Shown here one piece after another: positions 56,569-64,000 of a DNA stretch of 64,000 bases. Source of the DNA: an uncultured virus (IMG/VR IMGVR_UViG_3300033072_000946) (Duplodnaviria > Heunggongvirae > Uroviricota > Caudoviricetes); the IMG/VR virus record IMGVR_UViG_3300033072_000946. One strand, given 5' to 3'. Positions within the stretch are counted from its first letter, which is position 1. Each line of letters starts with the position of its first letter. The notes below the pieces were generated by a model that saw nothing but the letters and a program-made list of their open reading frames with translations, was not told the DNA's origin and did not search any database. The position numbers and the translations under genes are program-made.

Positions 56569-57035
56569 ACGACCTCCGTCTGCTCTTCAGTTCGCCAGAA
56601 ATCGAGCTGGTCGCACACGGTGTAGACGGCGTTGCGGAAGTTCGGCAGCTTCGACAGCAGCTCGTAGGCAGCCTCGGGAGAGAACTCGATCGGCTTGCCG
56701 TCGCGGGCGTGGATGCCCTTCCAGTCGACGAAGCATCCCTCGGCGAGCGTCGACAGGATGATCTTGTCCTGGATCTCCGCCGGGAGGACGCCGTTCTTCG
56801 CGGAGCTGCGGTAGCGGCGATTGAGACGCTGGCGGACCGCCATCGCTTTCTTCGACGACAGGCGGCGCAGCTTGACGCTGATGCCACCGGAGCCGAAGCC
56901 GTCGAACCAGCGACCGTCTTCCTCGGCGTTGGTGTCGGTCTCGAAGACGTCGAAGATCGAAACCGGAAGGTCGGCGGTCTTGTCGAAGTCGCCTGCGTCG
57001 GGGTTCTTTTTGACAGTATCGGCAGTCTCGGTCAT
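56556..57035 (-). CDS. Tail assembly chaperone G
   Basis: FETD..AEEDGRW, VDWKG, FSPEAA.ELL; ends GTG GGA AAC TCC TGA. Confidence 0.88.
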   Translation of the reverse strand: MTETADTVKKNPDAGDFDKTADLPVSIFDVFETDTNAEEDGRWFDGFGSGGISVKLRRLSSKKAMAVRQRLNRRYRSSAKNGVLPAEIQDKIILSTLAEGCFVDWKGIHARDGKPIEFSPEAAYELLSKLPNFRNAVYTVCDQLDFWRTEEQTEVVGNS

Positions 57036-57059
57036 TTCATCCTCTCTTGGCTTATGGAT

Positions 57060-57096
57060 AGAGCGAGGCGAGTACAGAACCCTCGCCTCGCTCTTC
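57060..57096. terminator. Hairpin after the major tail gene
   Basis: GAGCGAGGCGAG/CTCGCCTCGCTC stem. Confidence 0.55.
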
Positions 57097-57131
57097 GTTG
57101 TCCGTATCCCCTAGTCCTGATGGAGGGAGGA

Positions 57132-58952
57132 TCAAGAGACGAACGGACGAACGCTGCTGAACCGGTCGATCATGAACTGCGTGCCGGTGGCGGCGTCGCG
57201 CAGGGCGACGAACTCCATCTGCTCCATGACGTCCTGGTCGATGCCCTCTGCCGCGATCGGATCGGACGTGATCTTCAGCGCGGGGATCTTGAACACGTAG
57301 GTGTTCTTGTCGGCGTCGGTGAAATCGAAGCCGATCGAGATCGTCGTGTGGTTGATGAAGTCGTTGTAGAAGTCGAACGTCTGGAAGTAGGCCTCGATCG
57401 AGCCCGTCAGGTTGAAGCGGCCGTAGCCGATACCAGCCGGGAACTTCGAGCCGACAGCCTGCTGCTCACGCAGCGACGCCTCGCCGTTCAGCTCCAGCGA
57501 CATGATCGCAGCCGTCAGCGCGACGCCGTTCTTCTTGGGCGTGCCGACGTTCGCAGTCGCATTCATCACGTCGGTGGCCGTGGTCGCGCGCACCGTGTAA
57601 GGCGACGTACCGATCAGTGTGGTCGTGCGCGGGAGCGTCTCGCGGCCCATGAAGGACCACGTCAGGGTGCAGATCTCGCCCGCCGACACGCTCATCGTGA
57701 ACGAACCGACGCGCATGCCGTTGCGCACGAAATACTTGGCGACGTCCTCGAAGCCAGCCTCGATGGTGAAGCTCTGCTTGGTGATGTCGGCGAGCACACC
57801 CGGGTTGCGCAGGTGCGAACCCTTGATGACGACCGGCAGGGTGCCCGAGTTGGCGTCCGTCGACAGCGTCTCTTCGACGACGATGGTGTCGTCGTTCGGG
57901 AGAGAAGCGATCGTGTAGAAGCCGCCCTTGGTGGCGCTGCCGCCGGAGAACGCGGTGACCGTCACCGACACACCGGCACCGGTAGCCGAGATTGAGCCGC
58001 CGGTTCGCTTGTGGTTGGTCAGCGTCACCGTCGCCGTGGCGAGGGTCGCCGTGACGTCGATCGCATTCTTGGCGAACTGCGCCATCAGTGCGGCGCGGAA
58101 GTTCTCCGCCTGGGTGGCCTCAGTGGCGCTGTAGGCGACGAAGATGTTGTTCTCGCCGATGAGCGCCGCGTCCGTATGGATCTCGAACACGAGGGTGTTG
58201 ACGCCGTCGCTGACGCTGATCTCGTCACCAGCCGTCGGGTTCGTCGACAGGAACTCGATCGTGCCGGTCTCCTTGCCCAGACCCTCGACGTAGATGGTCT
58301 GTCCGACATAGAGCTTCTTGCCAGCGAAGCTATTCGAGCCGCCGCCGTTGATCGTATTGCCGCTCGTGAACGCAGTCGAAGTCGACTTCAGGATGACGTC
58401 GTTCGCATCGAGGAAGCGAGACTGCGCCGTGCCGGACTCGACAGTGAACGGAGTGCCCGCGACCGTGACGACGGTGTTGCCGCCGCTGAAGGCGACGGAG
58501 TCGATCAGGAAGTAGCCGTTGTTGGCAGCGTTGGTGAAGCCTTCGAGCTTGAAGTAGGTGTCGTCGAGAACCGCCGCCCGGTAGTCGCCGCCCGACAGGG
58601 TGACGGTGTTGTTCGCGGTGATGTCGACCGACGTGCCCTTCAACTGGAAGAAGGTCATCGGACGCGACCAAGCGCCGAGCAGGAAGGCCTCGAAGAACAT
58701 GTCCGAGGACCCGGCCGAGAACTCCTGGTTGATCTCACCGGCTGATGAGGCGCCCACCTCGATCACACTGGAGACCATGCGGTCGGCGCGGATCTCTTCC
58801 GACGTCTGCGTCTGCTTGTCGGTGGTCAGGGACTGGCCCGTGAACCGAAGCTCCTCGGAAGTACCGGAAGCCGGGGTCGTTCCCCACGTCACTTCCTTCA
58901 AGATGCGCAGTGATGCGCGATTGGACTCTGCGCTCTGGATTTGGACGGTCAT
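57132..58952 (-). CDS. Major tail tube protein (Phage_tube_2-like) with a large insertion
   Basis: EVTWGTTP, LRFTG.SL, SEEIRADR, SFTIE, GSIEAYF. Confidence 0.85.
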   Translation of the reverse strand: MTVQIQSAESNRASLRILKEVTWGTTPASGTSEELRFTGQSLTTDKQTQTSEEIRADRMVSSVIEVGASSAGEINQEFSAGSSDMFFEAFLLGAWSRPMTFFQLKGTSVDITANNTVTLSGGDYRAAVLDDTYFKLEGFTNAANNGYFLIDSVAFSGGNTVVTVAGTPFTVESGTAQSRFLDANDVILKSTSTAFTSGNTINGGGSNSFAGKKLYVGQTIYVEGLGKETGTIEFLSTNPTAGDEISVSDGVNTLVFEIHTDAALIGENNIFVAYSATEATQAENFRAALMAQFAKNAIDVTATLATATVTLTNHKRTGGSISATGAGVSVTVTAFSGGSATKGGFYTIASLPNDDTIVVEETLSTDANSGTLPVVIKGSHLRNPGVLADITKQSFTIEAGFEDVAKYFVRNGMRVGSFTMSVSAGEICTLTWSFMGRETLPRTTTLIGTSPYTVRATTATDVMNATANVGTPKKNGVALTAAIMSLELNGEASLREQQAVGSKFPAGIGYGRFNLTGSIEAYFQTFDFYNDFINHTTISIGFDFTDADKNTYVFKIPALKITSDPIAAEGIDQDVMEQMEFVALRDAATGTQFMIDRFSSVRPFVS

Positions 58953-59065
58953 GGGGACCTTAACTCCTGCTACTCGAACGTTACGGAGTGTGTCATTTTG
59001 GGTAACACACTAGGTTAAGTGTGTCAACCAGGATCACCCTGATTGACACGGAAATTCACGCGTTA

Positions 59066-59935
59066 CTAGGTAGAACCGTCCGCCTTCCACTCGACGTAGG
59101 AGCCGCGAAGGACGGTGGTATCCACCGCCGTCGAGGTGCCCTGCGCCCACTGGAACTCGACATCCCCGGCGTTGGCGCCGTTCTCGATGAGGCCTTCCAG
59201 CTCGACGATGCCCTGGGTGCCGCCGGTCCCGTTGATGGTCGTGCTGGGGCCCGCATAGGACGTATAAGTCCCCTGTCCGGCGTAGGCCGTCGCGTTGGGC
59301 GTGAGATAGCGCCGTTCGAGGACGATCTTGGTCGGAGACGCGGGACCGGCGAGCGCGAATTTGAAGTCGGCCGTCGAGGTGGTCTCGTACCAGACGCGGA
59401 AATAGAACCGGTACTTGGTGTTCGCCTCGATGTTGAACTTCAGCTCGGGATCGGCAGCGACGGTGTCGGTCGACTGCCGTGCCGTGTTGAGGACCTTGAC
59501 GGTGGTGGTCCAGAACGCGTCGTCGCTGGCGGAGTAGATGTTACCTTGACTTGCCCAGGAGCCGCCGATCTTGATGTAGACGTCACCGCTGTCCGCATCG
59601 ATGCGGACGTCGTCGTCCTCGCCTTCGCCGTCGTCAGGCGCGCCTGTCGTCAGTGAGAGCGTCGGGCCACCGCCGCCGCCGTCAGTGGCGCCACCGCGCT
59701 CCGTCCAATCCGTCCAACCGCCCGTGGCGAGTGCGCGGAAATACTCGACGCCAGTGTCGGCGTCATGGAGGGTCTGCGCGACCTTACGCACGCCGCCGAT
59801 ATTGCCCGCACGAACGGAGAGGAACGCGTTGGTGACACCCACCGGACCACCGGCCGGGCTGGCGACCACATACTCACCAGCATGGCGGCAGAGGTCGAGG
59901 GCGTATCCCGTGGGGAGCTGTGTGAGATCGGTCAT
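59066..59935 (-). CDS. Fibre/decoration protein (knob-like N-terminus, beta-sandwich C-terminus)
   Basis: AQT....YFR...WTDW; GAPDDGEG..GDVY; FQWAQ. Confidence 0.6.
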   Translation of the reverse strand: MTDLTQLPTGYALDLCRHAGEYVVASPAGGPVGVTNAFLSVRAGNIGGVRKVAQTLHDADTGVEYFRALATGGWTDWTERGGATDGGGGGPTLSLTTGAPDDGEGEDDDVRIDADSGDVYIKIGGSWASQGNIYSASDDAFWTTTVKVLNTARQSTDTVAADPELKFNIEANTKYRFYFRVWYETTSTADFKFALAGPASPTKIVLERRYLTPNATAYAGQGTYTSYAGPSTTINGTGGTQGIVELEGLIENGANAGDVEFQWAQGTSTAVDTTVLRGSYVEWKADGST

Positions 59936-59937
59936 GG

Positions 59938-60363
59938 TCAGTTCCTCGTGTCGGTGTATTTGAACTCACACAGGAAGTTGCGCGCGTACCAACCGTTGAC
60001 GTTGCCACGCGTGCGGGCCTGTGATCCGTAGTAAGTGAGGTACCCGGATGGTGTGAGGGCGAAGTTCTTGTCGACCAACGTGTCGATCAAGGTCTGGATG
60101 ATCCGCAGGCCGTCATCCGTGCCGCGTTCTGCCGGAACGTTCACATGGACGTTGATGACGCCGTAGGAGCACAATGATTGGCCGCCGAGTTCGCGCTTGT
60201 GTGTGACGCTCGGGAGCACCGTGACGTAGACCCACGGCGCGTCCTTCGGCTGCGAGAACTTCTGGTTCTCGTATCCGACGACGACGGTCGCGTGGTTTGC
60301 GGCCATCGCGTTCTTGATCACCGTGAAAGCGTGTTTGCGAACGCGGTCGAGATCCATGCTCAT
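59938..60363 (-). CDS. Tail terminator
   Basis: YENQKF..P...WV, GVINVHVNVP..G; position in the operon. Confidence 0.75.
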   Translation of the reverse strand: MSMDLDRVRKHAFTVIKNAMAANHATVVVGYENQKFSQPKDAPWVYVTVLPSVTHKRELGGQSLCSYGVINVHVNVPAERGTDDGLRIIQTLIDTLVDKNFALTPSGYLTYYGSQARTRGNVNGWYARNFLCEFKYTDTRN

Positions 60364-60824
60364 TTCACGGTCCCCGCGTGTGCTGCACGTGTGACCTGGA
60401 CGGCGCGCATCGAGACGCCGCCGGGATAGCGAGAACGTCCCGGCTCCGGCGCGTTACCACTCTCGATCAGCTCCCATTTGTCGGGACGGACGAGGTTGGT
60501 GAAGAAGATATCCTTCAGCTCTTTATTGATCAGGGCAGCTTTGAGATCTCCGCGCGCAGCCGCTTCATTCGCTGGCCGTGCGATTTCAGAAGCGTAGGGC
60601 CCAGGATCGCCGATCGGGGATTTGGTACCGCCGCCGGGCTTCCTTCCGACCGCTGCCGCATAGTTGCGCACCGTCTCGCCGCTCCAGACCGGAGTGAACG
60701 AGAACAGCGCGCCGAGTAGCGTCTCAGCGATCTTGTGGGTCTCGCGCACGCACTCCTTCTCGAACTCAGAGAGTTCCTTTTCGAGCTTTGAGAAGGTGGC
60801 GGACACGCTGTCGAAGTGAGCCAT
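60360..60824 (-). CDS. Neck/tail completion protein (HK97 gp10-like)
   Basis: TPVWSG....N, FTN....IESG. Confidence 0.65.
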   Translation of the reverse strand: MAHFDSVSATFSKLEKELSEFEKECVRETHKIAETLLGALFSFTPVWSGETVRNYAAAVGRKPGGGTKSPIGDPGPYASEIARPANEAAARGDLKAALINKELKDIFFTNLVRPDKWELIESGNAPEPGRSRYPGGVSMRAVQVTRAAHAGTVK

Positions 60825-60826
60825 CG

Positions 60827-61192
60827 TCACGGCTCCTGCACGAACACGACCCACAGGCTGTCGCCGGGGACGCGGTTGACGCGCTTCACCTGCCAGACGG
60901 AGCCGTCGATGGTGACGGTGTCGTCAGCCTTCGGGACCACCGGAAGATCAAGCGCTGCGATCAGGAGCTTTTGCGTGATCACGTCGGCGGGGAACCACTC
61001 GACCTCACGCTCGACGAGCTTCGCGTTGACGGCGGGCACGTTGGTGTAGTTCACCACCGTCTCTGCTGTGGTGTCCGTCTCGGGATCGTACGACCCAAGC
61101 GTGACCGAGGTGTAGGTGATGAAGACGCGTACGTCTCCGACCGCCTTCATCCCGGTCTTCACGGCTTGTTTGATCGTATCCTTGAGACCCAC
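60827..61192 (-). CDS. Head closure protein
   Basis: YDPET, PKADDTV.IDG.VW.V..V. Confidence 0.7.
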   Translation of the reverse strand: MGLKDTIKQAVKTGMKAVGDVRVFITYTSVTLGSYDPETDTTAETVVNYTNVPAVNAKLVEREVEWFPADVITQKLLIAALDLPVVPKADDTVTIDGSVWQVKRVNRVPGDSLWVVFVQEP

Positions 61193-61195
61193 AGC

Positions 61196-61705
61196 TTACC
61201 CCTTGATGATGCGCGCCGACGTCGAGCCGCCGCTGCGGAAGGTGCCGAGCCCGAACAGGATCGCGTTGATGATCGAAGGGAAGGACGTCTGCGTCATCTC
61301 ATCCTGGTATTCGATCTCGACGACGTCGACCGTGAGCTTCTTCAAGACCTGGACGTCGGGGCCCGACGTCGGGTCGTTGTTCTGAAGCCACTTCACCAGC
61401 TCGAAAGTGGCAGCCTTCACCGGCTTCGGAATGACGGAGACACCGATGGCATACTGCTCGCGGTCATACGCACCGGAGCGCGGCCACGCGAGCGATTGGG
61501 TCTCTTTGTAGCGCCGACCGTTCCATTCGGTCTTGGCGTCGAGAATGCGGGTCGCCCACTGGAGATAGTTCTCCTGCTGTGTGAGCGTCAGGCCCGCCCA
61601 GAACGACGTCGTAGGATCGACGGCGAAATAACTCGTCGCCTCTGCGACAGAGGCGTAGCTGTTGGACGTGGTCTTGCCCGTCCCGTCTTCAACATCGATC
61701 GCCAC
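61196..61705 (-). CDS. Head-tail adaptor (DnaT-like family)
   Basis: VEDGTG....NSYASV.EA..YF, QSLAWPR, IP.PVK.A. Confidence 0.85.
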   Translation of the reverse strand: MAIDVEDGTGKTTSNSYASVAEATSYFAVDPTTSFWAGLTLTQQENYLQWATRILDAKTEWNGRRYKETQSLAWPRSGAYDREQYAIGVSVIPKPVKAATFELVKWLQNNDPTSGPDVQVLKKLTVDVVEIEYQDEMTQTSFPSIINAILFGLGTFRSGGSTSARIIKG

Positions 61706-61850
61706 GTTCAGCTCCTACACGATACAAGGGTGGGACGCGTCAGGCGAGGGGGACAAGACGCGTCCCTGTGGAGTTGCCGCTTCCGGGGGGCTCAATGAAG
61801 GGCTTTCTCCACACCCACGCACGGGACTGCCGTACCGTGCGCGGAAGCAA

Positions 61851-62273
61851 TTACTGGAGCGCCTTCCACTTCTCGAGTTCGGCGCGCAGGCGCGTCAGAC
61901 CCCAGTTGCGCTTGATGTCGCCGATGGGGAAGCCAGCCGCGACCAGTGCCTTGCGCGCGTCGTAGAGGGGCGCCTTCTGATCGTCGGCGGCGTAGCTATC
62001 GGGGATGAGCGGCTTGTCGACAGACGGAGCGCCGTCATCGTCGTCAGCTTCCGCACCGGTATCCGCGTGAACAGGCGCAGGCTTTTGCGGCTTTGCGGGC
62101 GGAACGTACTTTGCGAACTGGTCCGGGGCGCGACCACGATCGATCCAGCCGTTGAGGCGGATCAAGTCGATCGCGTTCTCGTCCACGACGTTGTGGACCA
62201 GCTTGGTAGCGGGATCTTCGACGAACCGCCAGCGACCGTAAAGGTGCCGCTCCGTCGGTTTCGGTTGGGACAC
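61851..62273 (-). CDS. Hypothetical head-module protein
   Basis: GGAGG SD; C-terminal IKRNWGLTRLRAEL small helical domain. Confidence 0.6.
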   Translation of the reverse strand: MSQPKPTERHLYGRWRFVEDPATKLVHNVVDENAIDLIRLNGWIDRGRAPDQFAKYVPPAKPQKPAPVHADTGAEADDDDGAPSVDKPLIPDSYAADDQKAPLYDARKALVAAGFPIGDIKRNWGLTRLRAELEKWKALQ

Positions 62274-62379
62274 TCAACCCTCCTGAGAATGATGGAAAGA
62301 TGGGGCGGAAGTAGGGAATGCAAGAAACCCACTTCCGCCCCGGCCGTTCGCGAAGAAGCCGCAGCGAACGGCGTAGCTG

Positions 62380-62844
62380 TTACGCGCCGACGTTCTTGCC
62401 GATCCAGGCGCCGTAGGTGATCGACGGCGTGGTGCCATCGAGCGTGGCGCGGATGGCGAGCCACATGTCGGTGCCGGACTTGTCGGCCATCAGGTCGGTG
62501 ATGGTCTTGGAGTCGAGCAGGAACTTGTAGAAGCCGGTGGCGGTGACGGCGAACTGGTGGACGACGGCCGGGGTGTCGTTCATCGCAGCGACGTCATCGA
62601 CGAGCAGAGCGAGGGTATAGGTCTCGTCGCCCGTGGTCTTGTCGAGCGCGGTGACGTGGACACCGATCTCGAACTTGCCGTGCGGGACTTCCTTGTTGCC
62701 GGACTGCCAGTAGGCGGCGTCGAGCATGTTCAGCGGAACAGCGGTCTCGGTGGCGGTCGACGTCTCGGCACCGTCGGCGACGTTGCGGAGGAGGACGTTG
62801 GCAGCACCGTCGTACTGCATGCTCACGCGGGAGGGACGGGTCAT
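62380..62844 (-). CDS. Putative capsid decoration protein
   Basis: Directly after the capsid gene; GTTPSITYGAW; highly biased codons. Confidence 0.65.
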   Translation of the reverse strand: MTRPSRVSMQYDGAANVLLRNVADGAETSTATETAVPLNMLDAAYWQSGNKEVPHGKFEIGVHVTALDKTTGDETYTLALLVDDVAAMNDTPAVVHQFAVTATGFYKFLLDSKTITDLMADKSGTDMWLAIRATLDGTTPSITYGAWIGKNVGA

Positions 62845-62928
62845 GATGATACTTCCTTCAAGTGGAGTGTGACTGGGATCAGGCGGAGATGACGCAGGGG
62901 TTACCCTGCGTCACTCAGTTGAGCGTGA

Positions 62929-63864
62929 TTACGCGACGAACGCGGCGTTCGAGATGCCACGGACGCGAGCGGCGCAGCGGCCGTGGAGCGCAGCGAAGCT
63001 GACGTTCCAGTCGATACGCGTGCGGTACACCGGCTTGCTGTCCTGCTCGCCGAGATCGCGGACGCTCATCGTGCCGTTCTGCAGGCCGAGGATGCCGGTG
63101 GGGCCCATCGACACGACGTAGATCGACTGCGCGGTGGCGGTCGAACCGGTCGAGGCGACCTCGTTGAAGTCGAGGATGCGCTGGCCGAGATCGTCGTAGT
63201 CGGCGATCAGGATCGGGAGATCGTTGTAGTTGGTGACCTTCCGACCGAAGGCATCGACGGTGTAGGAGATGAAGCCGCCGACCGTGGTGTTGCGGGCCGC
63301 CTCGGTGAGACGACGGCGAAGCGCCTTGGACATGATCAGATGGGTCGGGCTGTCGACCGCATCGATCGCCTCGTCGAGCTTGGCGATCGAGAGCGGATCA
63401 CCGCCGTCGGTCGCGGACGCGTCGGCCTCGATCACCTGCGAGCCGGTGATGCGGTTCTGCAGACCGTCGAACTCGCGCGGGTCCGAGAGCGAGTTGCCCT
63501 TGATGATCTTGGCCGCGATGTAGAGCGCCATGGCCTTGATCTTCATCTGCTCGTGCGTGGTACGAACAGCCGGGCCGTGGAACTCCATCAGCGCCTTGTC
63601 GACATCGAGATCGCCGCCCGCGATGCGGAGCGCCTCGACCTGCGGATTGATGATGCCCACGCTCTCCGTGAAGCTCTCGTTGATGCCACGGAAGGCGACG
63701 CCGGGCAGGGTGCCCTCGACGTTGTAGCGGTAGGCGCCGCCCTGGACGTCCTCCCACACCATGGCATTGAGGATGTCGGACTCGCGCGCGAACATCTCGA
63801 TCACGCCTGCACGGAGGACGTCACCCGAGTTGATCTTGGAGGCTTCGAGAAGGGTCAACGGCAT
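62929..63864 (-). CDS. Major capsid protein
   Basis: TLPGVAFRGINE, GGDLDVD, EFDGLQNR, YRTRIDW..AARVRGI. Confidence 0.9.
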   Translation of the reverse strand: MPLTLLEASKINSGDVLRAGVIEMFARESDILNAMVWEDVQGGAYRYNVEGTLPGVAFRGINESFTESVGIINPQVEALRIAGGDLDVDKALMEFHGPAVRTTHEQMKIKAMALYIAAKIIKGNSLSDPREFDGLQNRITGSQVIEADASATDGGDPLSIAKLDEAIDAVDSPTHLIMSKALRRRLTEAARNTTVGGFISYTVDAFGRKVTNYNDLPILIADYDDLGQRILDFNEVASTGSTATAQSIYVVSMGPTGILGLQNGTMSVRDLGEQDSKPVYRTRIDWNVSFAALHGRCAARVRGISNAAFVA

Positions 63865-63925
63865 GCTAGTTACTCCTGGTTACGTTGTAAGCGTTCTGAC
63901 TGGGGTGGAGTGACCTACGGTCACC

Positions 63926-64000
63926 CTACTTGGCAGCCTTCGACTGTCGTGCGAGGTTGATGCGAGCGACAGGATCGAGCTTGTTGAACGCCTCGGTGGT
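63926..64000 (-). CDS. C-terminus of a probable scaffolding protein (starts beyond the window)
   Basis: ...TTEAFNKLDPVARINLARQSKAAK* just upstream of the capsid gene. Confidence 0.6.
   Translation of the reverse strand, partial: TTEAFNKLDPVARINLARQSKAAK

Noticed and set aside
1..64000. tRNA/tmRNA genes and prophage-host junctions
   Set aside because: No cloverleaf or T-loop pattern noticed in the intergenic gaps and no bacterial housekeeping genes; tRNAscan-SE or ARAGORN would be decisive.

Overview
The whole window is one GC-rich tailed phage (siphovirus) genome segment with no host genes. GTA-like tail-tip genes (DUF2460, DUF2163, Phage-tail_3 tip) and CtrA-type boxes point to an alphaproteobacterial host. 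Layout: 0-4.2 kb early/accessory genes (DUF932, GP88, Sm-like); 4.2-5.35 kb repeat-dense, mostly non-coding control region; terminase TerL/TerS and RuvC; an AT-rich island; small hypotheticals; primase-helicase; HslV/proteasome-like peptidase; a short tyrosine recombinase; holin, GH114-like polygalactosaminidase, ligase, GH73 hydrolase; rIIA/rIIB; SNF2 helicase, HD nucleotidase, T5 A1-like protein, T7-like PolA (Tyr762 type), HNH, exonuclease, SSB, DUF5664, class II RNR, dUTPase; amidase endolysin and spanins; a displaced DUF2163 hub; CI-like repressor, attP-like site and integrase; then a minus-strand morphogenesis operon (capsid to tail tip) with a GGGAAAC -1 frameshift. The strongest unexplained signal is a 15-bp pseudo-palindrome (consensus GTGAY-N5-RTCAC) read at about 20 intergenic or gene-boundary positions across every module, often overlapping a sigma70 -35 box. 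It suggests a genome-wide dispersed operator network, partly interleaved with CtrA-like boxes, in a phage that combines a lytic-type replication kit with lysogeny genes. Everything was read by eye: family assignments come from recalled motifs, not database searches.
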